A stretch of DNA of 64,000 nt from Patescibacteria group bacterium (GTDB lineage: Bacteria; Patescibacteriota; UBA1384; UBA12157; JAENIV01), in the NCBI GenBank assembly GCA_041666185.1, contig JBAYHL010000001.1, positions 153,619-217,618 on the forward strand, read 5' to 3'. The notes beneath the pieces were generated by a model that was not told where the DNA came from, made no database searches, and saw nothing but the letters and a program-made list of their open reading frames with translations. How positions within the stretch are numbered: position 1 is the stretch's first letter; each line of letters starts with the position of its first letter. The translations under genes were made by a program, and so were the position numbers. Positions 1-10,730 of the stretch are shown piece after piece.

Positions 1-72
1 AACACCAATAAGCTCAATCAAAAGCACTCCTTCATCTTCAGCTTACCAAAGTTTAATCATTCTACCAAGCCC

Positions 73-1788
73 TTATCTTTTACTCCAACTAATAAGCGAC
101 TTAGTATCTAGAGTATTTATTATATCATTTTTTTCAAGCCACCCACGACGGGCAACTGCTACGCCAAAGCGAATCAAATCAAGATGATTTTTCTGGTGAG
201 AATCAGTATTAACAGCAAATTTGACTCCATAAGCTTTTGCTTCTTGACAAAGAGTGTCTTTTAAATCTAACCTATTAGGGAAGGATGATATTTCTAAGGC
301 AGTTTTTTTACTTACACAAGCTTGGAAAACTTTTTGCCAGTCAACTTCGTACGGTTCACGTTGACCAATAATTCTTCCTGACGGATGACCAATAATATCT
401 ACATGTGGATGACCAATAGCCTTAATAAGCCTTTTTGTCATTGTGTCTTTATCTTGATAAAAACTTGTATGAATTGAGGCAGTTACAACATCTAACCTTT
501 CCAACATCCAGTCTTTAATGTCCAAATCGCCATCAGCTTTAATGTTAACCTCGACTGAAGAAAGAATTTTTATTTTTGGATATTTTTTTTGAACTTTATC
601 AATTTCTTTTTGACGTTGCTCTAAACGTTTTTCATTAAGACCGTTGGCAATACCCAAACCGACCGTGTGATCAGAAACAACAATATATTTATAGCCTAAA
701 TTTTGACCAAACTTAGCAATTTCTTCAATACTCATAGTTCCGTCTGACCAATTCGAATGAACATGTAAATCACCTTTTATATCTTTTAACTCAACTAAAT
801 TCGGTAGTTTGTGTTTTAAAGCGGCTTCAATTTCTCCACGATTTTCTCGTAATTCCGGCGGGATTAAATCCATTTTTAAAAATCCATAAAAATCTGCTTC
901 AAGAGAAAACTTATGTTGTTTTTTTCCAACTTTAATTCCGTGCTCTGAAAGACTTTTGCCAACAGTTTGAGCATAAGTTCTAAGAGCAACATTGTGTTCC
1001 TTAGAGCCGGTAAAATGCTGCAAAAGTGAGCCATATTCGTTTTCTGGAACAATTTCTAAATCAATTTGCACACCACCTTCATGAATAATGGTTGATTTGG
1101 CCGCACCCTTAGTAATTACTTGACTGACGGCCGTGAGTTTAGTAAATTTATCTATCACTTTTTGCGGTTGAGTAGAGGTTGCCACAATATCGATATCACC
1201 AATTGTTTCTTTCATTCTGCGAAGTGATCCAACAAAATCGACTTTACCTGCTTCTGGCATTTTCTTTACGACTTCTACCATGCTTTCTGCGATTGGCAAC
1301 GCTTCTGTTATAAGCATTCGACCAGTTAAGCGCTCTAAAATATTGATTCCACGAAGAATATTTGCGGCGGTTTTTTCTTTAAAAATTTTTGGATCCACAC
1401 CCTTTTTAAGCTTTTTTTCTAAATCTTTAATATTTTTTGCTTTAAGTTCTTTGGCAATTTTAATAGCTACTTTCGGACCAACACCGGGAATTTGTAAAAA
1501 TTCTACTTCCGAAACTGGAACATTTTTTTTGACTTCTTCTAGATATTTCAACTTACCAGTTTTTAATAATTCTTCAATTTTTTCAGCAATCGATTCACCG
1601 ACTCCCGGAACATTATTAAGAGCTTTTAAGCCACCTTTTTTATAAACTTCTGACATTTCCTCTGCATAATTTTCGATTGTTTGAGCAACTCTTTCGTAGG
1701 CAATCACCCGAAAACGATCATTGGCATTACCAAGCTCCAAAATTTCGCCAACTTGATATAAAATTTTAGCAATTTCTTTGTTAGTCAT
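73..1788 (-). CDS. polX: DNA polymerase X with C-terminal PHP domain
   Basis: HhH motifs (PGVGE, PGVGPK), GSLRR..ETIGDIDI, FTGSKEHN and PHP motifs DLHVHSNWSDG / TDSH. Start placed at MTNKEIA. Confidence 0.93.
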   Translation of the reverse strand: MTNKEIAKILYQVGEILELGNANDRFRVIAYERVAQTIENYAEEMSEVYKKGGLKALNNVPGVGESIAEKIEELLKTGKLKYLEEVKKNVPVSEVEFLQIPGVGPKVAIKIAKELKAKNIKDLEKKLKKGVDPKIFKEKTAANILRGINILERLTGRMLITEALPIAESMVEVVKKMPEAGKVDFVGSLRRMKETIGDIDIVATSTQPQKVIDKFTKLTAVSQVITKGAAKSTIIHEGGVQIDLEIVPENEYGSLLQHFTGSKEHNVALRTYAQTVGKSLSEHGIKVGKKQHKFSLEADFYGFLKMDLIPPELRENRGEIEAALKHKLPNLVELKDIKGDLHVHSNWSDGTMSIEEIAKFGQNLGYKYIVVSDHTVGLGIANGLNEKRLEQRQKEIDKVQKKYPKIKILSSVEVNIKADGDLDIKDWMLERLDVVTASIHTSFYQDKDTMTKRLIKAIGHPHVDIIGHPSGRIIGQREPYEVDWQKVFQACVSKKTALEISSFPNRLDLKDTLCQEAKAYGVKFAVNTDSHQKNHLDLIRFGVAVARRGWLEKNDIINTLDTKSLISWSKR

Positions 1789-1824
1789 AATACTAATCCA
1801 CAACTTACAAACAACAATCTACAA

Positions 1825-2376
1825 CTAGTAGTTGTTAGTTATCTCTTTATACATTTCTATATTGTCAGAATATTTATCTTTTCGATAAAGACCATTTGGC
1901 AAATTGCCATATTCTTTAAATCCAAGCTTTTGATAGAGTTTTTTGGCAATTTCGTTATCAGAAAAAACACGCAAAATGGCAATTTTTATTCCCATTTCTT
2001 TTGATTTTTCTAAAACATATTCCAATAAAAATCTACCAAGGCCATCTCGACGAAAGTCTTCATCGACCATTAAACCAACTGTGCCAACGTGCCAATCACG
2101 CGTACCGCCACGATTAACATCTGAACTGCCGATAATTTTACCGTCAAAAACTGCTAAACAAGCAAAACTTCTACCAGCTTTCATATTTAAAATGGTATTT
2201 TTAATCCAATTTTCTTCTTCGGTATAAGTTTTTGGTTTGCCAGTTAAAGACAAAAATGTGTCTTCTTTAGTCAAACGATTAATAAATTCTAACAATTCTG
2301 AGGTCTTTTCAAGTGTTGGTAAATAAATTTCGATTTCTTTACCACTATGGCTCGTAAATTTTGAAATTGGTTTCAT
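1825..2376 (-). CDS. GNAT family N-acetyltransferase
   Basis: VDEDFRRDGLGR acetyl-CoA motif and N..A.KLYQKLGF. ATG at 2376 overlaps the ddl stop (ATGA). Confidence 0.88.
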   Translation of the reverse strand: MKPISKFTSHSGKEIEIYLPTLEKTSELLEFINRLTKEDTFLSLTGKPKTYTEEENWIKNTILNMKAGRSFACLAVFDGKIIGSSDVNRGGTRDWHVGTVGLMVDEDFRRDGLGRFLLEYVLEKSKEMGIKIAILRVFSDNEIAKKLYQKLGFKEYGNLPNGLYRKDKYSDNIEMYKEITNNY

Positions 2377-3311
2377 TTTTTTCCTAAAGCTAGTGTGATT
2401 AATTTTGTTAATAAATCCTTGTAACAAATACCGCTTTCTTCCATCAGTTTAGGATATACCGATGTTTTTGTAAAACCAGGGATAGTATTTATTTCATTAA
2501 GATATATTTTTCCAGAATTTTTATCTAAAAAACAATCAACCCTTGCCATTCCACAACAACCTAATGCCCTATAAGCCATTTTAGCTAAACCCTGAATTTC
2601 TTGAATCTTAATCTTTGAAATTTCAGCTGGTACTACTAATTCCATCAAACCAGATTTGTACTTGGCATTATAATTATAAAATTCTTCTTTTGGAATAATT
2701 TCACCAGGCATAGAGATAGTTAGATCTTCGTTTCCTAAAATTGAAACTTCAATTTCACGAATATTTTCTAAAACTTCTTCAATAATCACTCTGCTATCAT
2801 ATTTAAACGCTTCTTCAATCGCTTTTTTTAATTCAAATTTTTTCTTCACTTTAGTTATACCAATACTCGAACCAGTGTTAGCTGGTTTTACAAAAACTGG
2901 TAATTTAATTTCTTGCATAATTCGTGAAGGATTTTTCTGCCATTGAAAATAATTAAAAAATTTAAAAGAGGGGACTGGTAATTTAAAATTTTGAAAAATT
3001 TGTTTAGAAGCGATTTTATCAAGAGCCAAAGCAGAGGCTTCAATACCAGAACCTACATATGGCTTTTGCAAAACCTCGCAAAATCCCTGAATCGAACCAT
3101 CCTCTCCCCCAACGCCATGCAAACAAGGAAAAACAACATCAGCTGACAAAATTTTTTGTAAAGAAAATCTTCCTTTTTTAGATATTTCAACTGGGATAAT
3201 AGTAAATTTATTTTTATCTAAATTTCCTATTACCGACTTAGCTGAATCACAAGAAACTTCATGTTCAGCAGAAATTCCTCCGTATAAAATAGCTACTTTA
3301 ATTTTTTTCAT
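2373..3311 (-). CDS. ddl: D-alanine--D-alanine ligase
   Basis: GGISAEHEVS, LHGVGGEDG, VKPANTGSSIG, YNYNAKY, NEINTIPGFT. Confidence 0.96.
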   Translation of the reverse strand: MKKIKVAILYGGISAEHEVSCDSAKSVIGNLDKNKFTIIPVEISKKGRFSLQKILSADVVFPCLHGVGGEDGSIQGFCEVLQKPYVGSGIEASALALDKIASKQIFQNFKLPVPSFKFFNYFQWQKNPSRIMQEIKLPVFVKPANTGSSIGITKVKKKFELKKAIEEAFKYDSRVIIEEVLENIREIEVSILGNEDLTISMPGEIIPKEEFYNYNAKYKSGLMELVVPAEISKIKIQEIQGLAKMAYRALGCCGMARVDCFLDKNSGKIYLNEINTIPGFTKTSVYPKLMEESGICYKDLLTKLITLALGKK

Positions 3312-3478
3312 TATTTTTTTGCTGATTTTTTGGGAATTCTGTGCCCTGCCACGCGAGCCTTAGAAATACTAATTGCCGCTTCCTGACTCTCGGCGGCTTT
3401 TTTGGTTGGATGTGTACCTAGTACTCGACTGCTCTCTTTGGAAAGCAAGACCCATTTCTTCCCCCGTTTCTTGATCAT
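3311..3478 (-). CDS. small basic hypothetical protein (55 aa), not in the ORF track
   Basis: Hand translation MIKKRGKKWVLLSKESSRVLGTHPTKKAAESQEAAISISKARVAGHRIPKKSAKK. SD-like AAGGGG upstream and TAATG overlap with the ddl start. Confidence 0.75.
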   Translation of the reverse strand: MIKKRGKKWVLLSKESSRVLGTHPTKKAAESQEAAISISKARVAGHRIPKKSAKK

Positions 3479-3496
3479 TTTAAGTCCCCTTTTACA

Positions 3497-4120
3497 TTAA
3501 TTTATTTGATAACTCGACAAAATACCATCAAAGACATGTGCCGCATATTCATCATAATCAGAATAAGCTATTTCCATTTGTAAATTATAAAAATTATCAC
3601 CTTTTAATGCTGTTACTTGATCAACTAAAGTTAATACACCGCTCATAGAATTTACATATGTCCACTGTCTTTCTCCGGCCGGGACTCCACCCAAAATCGC
3701 ATCTTCTTTCAAAATATTTTTAGCGTTTTCTGGAGCTTCCGCTTCTTTAAACAAATTTTCTTGGGCCCAATCAAGATATCCTGTTAAATCTTGTGACAAA
3801 ACATTTGCCGATCCATAAGCTCTAATTGTCATTACCGGATCACTTGTAGTCAAAGTAGCCCCATCACTGTTTTGAGACTCTTGTTTAGAAAAATTCGGAG
3901 GATATTTTAAAGAAAAACCAAATCTTGAATTTTGATAAGGCAACCAACCCTCTGTTATATAAGAACTGCCAATTGACAAAGATTCCACGGGAATAGGTGT
4001 TTTTGTCTGAGTTTTTACTTTATAAAATTTATAGATAGCAATAATTCCACCGACAATGAAAAATCCCAAAACCACAAAAATAATAATTAATATTATTTTC
4101 TGATGATTTTTTTTAGCCAT
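3497..4120 (-). CDS. membrane-anchored exported protein, PsbP-like
   Basis: N-terminal TM helix and W..Y.N..FGFSLKYP motif typical of PsbP-like folds. Confidence 0.6.
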   Translation of the reverse strand: MAKKNHQKIILIIIFVVLGFFIVGGIIAIYKFYKVKTQTKTPIPVESLSIGSSYITEGWLPYQNSRFGFSLKYPPNFSKQESQNSDGATLTTSDPVMTIRAYGSANVLSQDLTGYLDWAQENLFKEAEAPENAKNILKEDAILGGVPAGERQWTYVNSMSGVLTLVDQVTALKGDNFYNLQMEIAYSDYDEYAAHVFDGILSSYQIN

Positions 4121-4162
4121 TTTTTTCTCCTTAAATATATTATACAGGAAAAACGCTTAAAA

Positions 4163-4558
4163 TTATCGATTTAGAACTGTCACGGCAATTTGAAGATAAG
4201 TTGCAAAAGAAACCCATACTAGATATGGAATTTGTAAATAAAAAACCCATTTATACCTGGACCATGTTAAAATCATTGTAATAATAATAGTTACTAAAAC
4301 AATCAAAATATCAATTGTCGCTAAAGTATAATTTTTCAGACCAAACTGAAAATAAGTATAAGTAAAATTAGCAATTAAATTAATGATAAACGGAATCGTT
4401 AGCTTCCAAGCAATTTTTCCTTTTTTGGCCTCATAAAAAATAAAGCCATAAGAAATGGCGATTAAAACATAAAGGATCGGCCAAACAATTCCAAACAAAT
4501 ACGCTGGTGGTGAAAGTGGTGGCTTTTGATAATCCAGATATTGATTGTAGGTATCCAT
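4163..4558 (-). CDS. TspO/MBR family membrane protein
   Basis: KPPLSPPAYLFGIVWPILY and PYLVWVSFATYL. Confidence 0.92.
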   Translation of the reverse strand: MDTYNQYLDYQKPPLSPPAYLFGIVWPILYVLIAISYGFIFYEAKKGKIAWKLTIPFIINLIANFTYTYFQFGLKNYTLATIDILIVLVTIIITMILTWSRYKWVFYLQIPYLVWVSFATYLQIAVTVLNR

Positions 4559-4571
4559 GTTTCCCTCCTTG

Positions 4572-4979
4572 TTATAATTTATAGTTTTTTAAAAAATTTT
4601 TGACTGGAAGAAATAATGGTGATGGCAAATGATTTAACTTAAACCATCCGAACTCAGTACATTTATCTAATTCGCATATTTTTGGTTTACCAGACTTTAT
4701 TTTAGCACTCATAGCAACTGTAATGTAATGATTATCACGAGAAATATCATTGGTTACACCCATTAATTGGATATCTTTGATCGCAACACCCACTTCCTCT
4801 TTCGTTTCTCTTTTAGCACACTTTTCAAAAGTTTCATTGTATTCGAGATGACCACCTGGCGGACACCATGTTCCCTCACCATGAGATCCTTTTCTTTTCA
4901 TTAACAATAATTCTTTTTTATTATTTAAAATATAGACACCTACACCAACTTTTGGTCTATCCAATTTTTCTTTTTTCAT
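4572..4979 (-). CDS. NUDIX hydrolase (NUDT15-like)
   Basis: RPKVGVGV, RKGSHGEGTW and Nudix box GGHLEYNETFEKCAKRETKEEVG. Confidence 0.92.
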   Translation of the reverse strand: MKKEKLDRPKVGVGVYILNNKKELLLMKRKGSHGEGTWCPPGGHLEYNETFEKCAKRETKEEVGVAIKDIQLMGVTNDISRDNHYITVAMSAKIKSGKPKICELDKCTEFGWFKLNHLPSPLFLPVKNFLKNYKL

Positions 4980-4982
4980 GGT

Positions 4983-5411
4983 CTACCACGATTTGTTTAT
5001 ACTTTTTAAATATAATCTACTACACAAAGAGCCTTTTTGAGCAGCTTCTATCAAATCGTTTGCCATACCCCACTTCCATTTTGAATATTGCGTTACACCA
5101 GATACATTCTGAGGAACACTTGGAGTCCCATTTGCAATTTTCGCTTCAAATTCCTTCATGTGTAAAATATATTGACCTCGTTCAAGCTCCCCTTCACCAA
5201 CTAGACCAATAACTTCGACTTTTACTCCTAATTTATCCATGGCCGCACGAATAACAGCATCTTCAAAAATTTCGCCTTCATTAAGAGAGCCTGCTGGCAG
5301 ACCCCAAACATTTGGTAAAAGATCATCGTCTGGTGGACGCTGCACGATAAGAAATTTATCATAATTAGAGTTATAAATAACAAAAGCTACGGAATGTTTA
5401 GTTGGTTTCAT
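4983..5411 (-). CDS. NUDIX-fold protein with degenerate Nudix box
   Basis: WGLPAGSLNEGEIFEDAVIRAAMDKLG lacks the REUXEE glutamates. Confidence 0.75.
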   Translation of the reverse strand: MKPTKHSVAFVIYNSNYDKFLIVQRPPDDDLLPNVWGLPAGSLNEGEIFEDAVIRAAMDKLGVKVEVIGLVGEGELERGQYILHMKEFEAKIANGTPSVPQNVSGVTQYSKWKWGMANDLIEAAQKGSLCSRLYLKSINKSW

Positions 5412-5447
5412 ATTTTACTCTCCCTTTCCTATGTTCCGTAACATTTT

Positions 5448-6116
5448 TTATACATTTTCTTTAAATCCGTTAAAAAATTCTTTTTGACCAGTGCCAACAA
5501 CTTTTACTTTGTCACCTTCCACTACTATTGCTTGAGTATCGTATAATGCCACAACTGGTAATTTAGTTTTTTTAACACCATATTCAATAGAATCATGATA
5601 TTTTTCCCTATTGTAATGAGCGGTAATTATAAACGGAATTAAGTTTAGAGCTTCTAAATTCTTAAGTCCAACAATATTTCTATCAGCATGCTTCCATCCC
5701 GCAGCTTCGATGGTTGGACAAACAACGTAGCTACCAGCACTTGCAGCAATATAAATTTTACCCTGATCAAGTAAGTCAGGTAAAATTTTATCTAAACCGC
5801 TTTTTCGAATAACATCTAGAAGATAGAAAGTATTACCACCATTAACAAAAATTACATCGCAATCGATAAATTTTTCTTTTATTGAATTCCTATTTTCTTT
5901 TTTTAAATCAATTTCTCTAATTTTCATCCCCATCGCTTTTAATTGGTCTGTCGATTCTTTAACGTATGATTTATTTTCTTGCGGATCAGCTGCATTTGGA
6001 ATGTGAGCAATTAGAATATCTTCTGGTTTTTTTGACAAAAAGTTTAACAGCTCATTTTTAAGCGTTTTGTCTGACAACGAGGTTCTAAAAGACGATGCTA
6101 AAAATAATTTTTTCAT
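5448..6116 (-). CDS. peptidase S51 (dipeptidase E) / GATase1-like protein
   Basis: VNGGNTFYLL, AASAGS and HY motifs. Start placed at MKKLFLAS, just after the secA stop. Confidence 0.88.
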   Translation of the reverse strand: MKKLFLASSFRTSLSDKTLKNELLNFLSKKPEDILIAHIPNAADPQENKSYVKESTDQLKAMGMKIREIDLKKENRNSIKEKFIDCDVIFVNGGNTFYLLDVIRKSGLDKILPDLLDQGKIYIAASAGSYVVCPTIEAAGWKHADRNIVGLKNLEALNLIPFIITAHYNREKYHDSIEYGVKKTKLPVVALYDTQAIVVEGDKVKVVGTGQKEFFNGFKENV

Positions 6117-6117
6117 A

Positions 6118-8685
6118 TTATTTCCCATGACATTTTTTATACTTTTTACCACTTCCACAAGGACAAGGATCGTTACGACCAACGTGTGGATAAGAAGATG
6201 ATGATTGTTGACTCCCTGAACCACTAGATTTTGTCCTAACTGTTACCTCAACTCCTTTATTATTTGATGATTGTGGAGCTGTTTGCTGTTCAATTGCTGG
6301 CACGCTTTGTGTCACCATAGGCTTTACTACATTTTCAAAAGTTCCGGCTGCCATTGTTTCATCTGCTCCGTGCATTTGTAAATTACGCATTGGCTCAGCA
6401 GTTATTTTTTGAACAGGGGCGGGTTGGATTTCTGCTTTAAGCAGAATTTCCACTACCTGAGAATTAATAGTTCCTAAAAGTCTTTGATATAAATGGTACG
6501 CCTCAGCTTTATATTCCACCAACGGATCGCGTTGACCATAACCACGAAGACCTATTCCTTCACGAAGTAAATCCATAGCATTTAAATGCTCGATCCACAT
6601 TGTATCAATGCTTCGCAAATAAACCATTCTTTCAATTTGACTCATGATCCGTTCGCCATGTTTGTTATATTTTTCTTGATATTTCGCCTTCGTTTCATCG
6701 TCCATTAAATTTACAACTTCATCATGGACATTTTTACCTTCCAAAATACTACGACGCAGGCCGTAAATTGCCTGACGATGTTTGTTAGCAACATCATCGT
6801 ATTCAACTAAATGTTTTCGAATATCAAAGTTATGACCTTCAACTTTTTTCTGAGCTGATTCAATTGAACGAGAAATCAAACCATGTTCAATTGGCATGTC
6901 GTCAGGTAAATTGATTCTGTCCATTACGGCTTTCATTCTTTCGCCACCAAAAACTCGCATCAAATCGTCTTCCATTGAAACGTAGAACTGTGAAGAACCT
7001 GAATCACCTTGACGACCAGCACGTCCACGAAGCTGATTGTCAATTCGACGAGCCTCATGTCTCTCAGTGCCCAAAACATGCAAACCACCAGCTTCAACAA
7101 CTTTTTTGTATTCTTTTTCATCAAATGGTGTGCCACCCAAAATAATGTCTACCCCACGACCAGCCATGTTTGTTGACACCGTTACTGCCCCAAAACGTCC
7201 TGCTTGAGCAATTATTTTTGCTTCTCTTTCGTGATGCTTAGCGTTTAAAACTTCGTGTTTGGTTCCTACACGTTTAAGCATTTTTGAAAGTTTTTCCGAT
7301 TTTTCAATAGAAATCGTTCCCACTAACACTGGTTGACCTTTTTTTGAACGCTCCTCAATATCGTGACAAACAGCCAAAAATTTAGCTTCTTCGCTTTTAT
7401 AAATCTGATCTTGCTGATCTTTACGAATCATTGGTTTGTTGGTCGGAACAATAACAACATCGAGTTTATAAATTTTGAAAAACTCTTCGGCTTCCGTTTC
7501 GGCTGTACCCGTCATGCCAGCTAATTTGCTGTAAAGACGAAATAAATTTTGAAAAGAAATTGTTGCTAGAGTGTCTGATTCACGTTGAATTTCTACACTT
7601 TCTTTAGCTTCAATTGCTTGATGTAGCCCTTCAGAATAACGACGACCAGGCATTAAACGTCCTGTAAATTCATCAACAATTATAACTTCGCCATCTTTAA
7701 CAACATAATCTTTATCTTTTTTGTATAAAGCATGGGCAATTAAAGCTTCTTCCAAATGATGAACTAATTGAATAGATTTAGCGTCATAAACATTTTCTAA
7801 GCCCAACATTTTCTCAACTCTTTTCATGCCTTCGTCAGTTAGAGTGACAGCTCTCATTTTTTCATCGATTGTAAAATCTTGAACTTCTTTTAGTTGCGGT
7901 ACAAGTAGAGCAAATTTTTTATAGAGCGCACCCGATTCTTCTGCTGGTGCGGAAATGATTAAAGGAGTGCGAGCCTCATCAATTAAAATTGAGTCGACTT
8001 CATCAACAATCGCAAAATTTAATTCTCTTTGTGCCATCTGCTCTAAACTTTGGACCATGTTATCACGTAAGTAGTCAAAACCAAATTCGTTATTAGTCCC
8101 ATAAGTAATATCTGCCGCGTAAGCCTCCTTACGAGAAACTGGTTGCAAATTAGCATATTCAATTGAAACCGGATCGACATCACGCTTGTGCGGAGTAAAA
8201 ATAAAAGACGCCTCGTGATTAATAACGGCTGTTGTTATACCTAATTTATCGCAAATTGAACCCATCCAAGCAGCGTCTCTTCGCGCCAAATAGTCGTTAA
8301 CCGTAATTAAATGAGCGCCTTTACCTTCAAGAGCATTTAAATATAGCGGAAAAACGGCTGTTAAGGTTTTTCCTTCACCAGTTTTCATTTCAGCAATTTT
8401 TCCTTGATGAAGAACAACCCCACCGATCAATTGAGTATCAAAGGCTCGTTGGTTAATTGTCCGTTTAGCGGCTTCTCTTACTACCGCAAACGCTTCCGGC
8501 AAAATATCATCTAAAGTTTCTTCTTTTACTAAACGCTGTCTAAACTCTTGAGTTTTGTTTTTAAGTTCCGTGTCGGTTAGTTTTTGTAAATCTTCCTCAA
8601 ATCCATTAATTTTTTCAATTATAGGCTTAAGCTTTTCAACCTCTCCCTCATTTGAACCAAACATTTTATTTAAAAATCCTAGCAT
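6118..8685 (-). CDS. secA: preprotein translocase subunit SecA
   Basis: [35 protein letters not shown] and C-terminal [18 protein letters not shown]. Confidence 0.99.
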   Translation of the reverse strand: MLGFLNKMFGSNEGEVEKLKPIIEKINGFEEDLQKLTDTELKNKTQEFRQRLVKEETLDDILPEAFAVVREAAKRTINQRAFDTQLIGGVVLHQGKIAEMKTGEGKTLTAVFPLYLNALEGKGAHLITVNDYLARRDAAWMGSICDKLGITTAVINHEASFIFTPHKRDVDPVSIEYANLQPVSRKEAYAADITYGTNNEFGFDYLRDNMVQSLEQMAQRELNFAIVDEVDSILIDEARTPLIISAPAEESGALYKKFALLVPQLKEVQDFTIDEKMRAVTLTDEGMKRVEKMLGLENVYDAKSIQLVHHLEEALIAHALYKKDKDYVVKDGEVIIVDEFTGRLMPGRRYSEGLHQAIEAKESVEIQRESDTLATISFQNLFRLYSKLAGMTGTAETEAEEFFKIYKLDVVIVPTNKPMIRKDQQDQIYKSEEAKFLAVCHDIEERSKKGQPVLVGTISIEKSEKLSKMLKRVGTKHEVLNAKHHEREAKIIAQAGRFGAVTVSTNMAGRGVDIILGGTPFDEKEYKKVVEAGGLHVLGTERHEARRIDNQLRGRAGRQGDSGSSQFYVSMEDDLMRVFGGERMKAVMDRINLPDDMPIEHGLISRSIESAQKKVEGHNFDIRKHLVEYDDVANKHRQAIYGLRRSILEGKNVHDEVVNLMDDETKAKYQEKYNKHGERIMSQIERMVYLRSIDTMWIEHLNAMDLLREGIGLRGYGQRDPLVEYKAEAYHLYQRLLGTINSQVVEILLKAEIQPAPVQKITAEPMRNLQMHGADETMAAGTFENVVKPMVTQSVPAIEQQTAPQSSNNKGVEVTVRTKSSGSGSQQSSSSYPHVGRNDPCPCGSGKKYKKCHGK

Positions 8686-8732
8686 TTATGTGCCTTTCTT
8701 GATTAGATTATATCAGTTTTAAGAGTATTAGG

Positions 8733-9095
8733 CTACTCTTCCTCAGTATTTAGTTCTTTTTCAAGCCAATATTTATTAGGAAAACGAGAACCGATCTTAA
8801 CTTGTTCTTTGTATTTTAAGATTTGATGTTCTAAACGCTCTTGGGCTAGATCAACTGAACCCATAAAATCTGACGATCGCTCACAAATAAAAATAGGGTT
8901 TTTGAGTCCTGGTAGAGAAAGGGTAATTTTAACAACTTTATCAATACCACCCTTAAGACCATTTTCATCTTCGAAAACCACTTCACACTTTGCTGGTTCT
9001 TGAACTAATGGCTCGTATTTTTTAACTTTCTCAATTACATAAGATTTAAGCTCAGAAGGAATTTTGATTTTTTGACCCCTAACAATAATTTTCAT
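8733..9095 (-). CDS. hpf: ribosome hibernation factor HPF/RaiA
   Basis: MKIIVRG...LKSYVIEKV and D.AQERLEHQILKYK. Located directly upstream of secA. Confidence 0.8.
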   Translation of the reverse strand: MKIIVRGQKIKIPSELKSYVIEKVKKYEPLVQEPAKCEVVFEDENGLKGGIDKVVKITLSLPGLKNPIFICERSSDFMGSVDLAQERLEHQILKYKEQVKIGSRFPNKYWLEKELNTEEE

Positions 9096-10315
9096 TATAC
9101 CTCTTTTGTATTTGTTATTTTGTCAAAGCCACAATATTTTTGTAAAGCTTCTGGAATCTTAATCGAACCATCTTCTTGCTGATTATTTTCCAAAATTGCA
9201 ATTAACATTCGGCCAATTGCCACTGCTGTACCATTTAGAGTATGAGCAAATTCAGTTTTATCACCATCTTTATATTTAATTTTTAATCTTCGTGCTTGAA
9301 AATCGGTACAGTTGCTTGAAGAATGAGTTTCCCTAAAACATTCTTGACCCGGCATCCAAATTTCGACGTCAACGGTTTTTGATGATGGAAGCCCCAAATC
9401 ACCAGAACAAACTTCTACTAACCTATAAGGTAAATTTAATCCAGAAACAATTTTCTCCTCTAAAGAAATAATTAATTCATGTTCTTTCTTGGAATCTTCT
9501 TTCTTACAAAAAGAAAACATTTCTAATTTATCAAATTGATGAGCCCGCAAGATTCCTTTAACATCTTTGCCATAACTACCAGCCTCACGTCTTAAACAAG
9601 TCGAAAAACCAACAAATCTTTGTGGTAATTTTTGAATAACTTCTCCAGCAAAATAAGGTAGAATTGATTGTTCGGAAGTACCAATTACAACTAAAGAATC
9701 GTCTTTTGTATGATAAGCATCGTCATTGATAGCTTCGAAATGACCCGAACCCCACGCCATTTCCTCACGAATTAAAACTGGTGGAATGATTGGCTGAAAA
9801 CCTTCTTGCTTTACAACGTCTAAAACATATTTTATTAAAGCAAACTCGAGTTCAACGGCTTGATTTTTAAGATAATAAAAACGATTACCAGAGACTTTAA
9901 CCGCTCTTTCAACATCAATAATATCCAAAGCCTTGCCAAGCTCAAAATGATCTTTGCCAGTCTTTAGCTTTATCTCGCCCACTTCTTTTATAACTTTATT
10001 GTCATTTTCATCTTTTCCTTCTGGAACGTCATCTTGCGAAATATTTGGTAATTTAACAGCTTCAAGTTTAAAATTTTCTTCCACTTCTTGCAATTGCGGT
10101 TCCAAATCTTTAATCATCTGCTTTATTTCAATTGCCCGGTCATTTTTCCCAGTTAATTTATTTTGTTCGGACCGCAATGTTTCGATTCTTTTTAAAACAT
10201 CTTTTCTTTCTTCGTCGAGGGCTAGTAATTTTCCCAAATCAAATTCACCTTTTCTTTTCGCCAAGGCATTTTTTACTTCTTCCAAATTTTCTCTTACATA
10301 TTTTATATCAAGCAT
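9095..10315 (-). CDS. serS: serine--tRNA ligase
   Basis: MLDIKYVRE, GTSEQ, RREAGSYGKD, HQFDKLE, HTLNGTAVA. Confidence 0.98.
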   Translation of the reverse strand: MLDIKYVRENLEEVKNALAKRKGEFDLGKLLALDEERKDVLKRIETLRSEQNKLTGKNDRAIEIKQMIKDLEPQLQEVEENFKLEAVKLPNISQDDVPEGKDENDNKVIKEVGEIKLKTGKDHFELGKALDIIDVERAVKVSGNRFYYLKNQAVELEFALIKYVLDVVKQEGFQPIIPPVLIREEMAWGSGHFEAINDDAYHTKDDSLVVIGTSEQSILPYFAGEVIQKLPQRFVGFSTCLRREAGSYGKDVKGILRAHQFDKLEMFSFCKKEDSKKEHELIISLEEKIVSGLNLPYRLVEVCSGDLGLPSSKTVDVEIWMPGQECFRETHSSSNCTDFQARRLKIKYKDGDKTEFAHTLNGTAVAIGRMLIAILENNQQEDGSIKIPEALQKYCGFDKITNTKEV

Positions 10316-10381
10316 TTTTTCCTCATCTTTCAAAATTATCATACCATTTTCAAGACAAAAGAAAAGAGGCAATTTAAAAAA

Positions 10382-10407
10382 TAGGCCCGGGATTTGACCC
10401 GAGCCTA
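10382..10407 (-). terminator. intrinsic terminator after the duplicated cassette
   Basis: Minus strand TAGGCTCGGG-TCAAAT-CCCGGGCCTA followed by TTTTT. Confidence 0.7.
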
Positions 10408-10424
10408 GAATTATTAGTTACTAT

Positions 10425-10730
10425 TTACCTCACATAGGAAAACCTGAACCACCAATAACGTATCTTGGTTAGCGTATCGGTTGGTAAGGGCTCATATATT
10501 TTGTCTATCTGGTCAGCTACCCTGACCAATTCTTCTTCGCTAAAAGTTTGCTTGATTATCTTTCTTCTCTCGCAATCAGAAATTGTTCCTAAACCTCTTA
10601 TTGGCCACCCAGAAACCAACGAGGGTGCCCTTTTATCAACCTTTAATTCGCGACACAGTTTTTTTGCAATCATAATACCTTGATAAAAAGTAAGTGAACT
10701 AAGCAGTCTATAGCCATAGATCGGTTTCAT
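10425..10730 (-). CDS. hypothetical protein (cassette gene B, copy 2)
   Basis: Paralog of 11036-11335, sharing MKPIY and TFSEEELVR. Confidence 0.8.
   Translation of the reverse strand: MKPIYGYRLLSSLTFYQGIMIAKKLCRELKVDKRAPSLVSGWPIRGLGTISDCERRKIIKQTFSEEELVRVADQIDKIYEPLPTDTLTKIRYWWFRFSYVR

Noticed and set aside
3311-3478. Small basic ORF first suspected to be ribosomal protein L33
   Set aside because: It lacks the L33 signature (Y.T.KN, L.L.KY/F.P), so it is kept as hypothetical.
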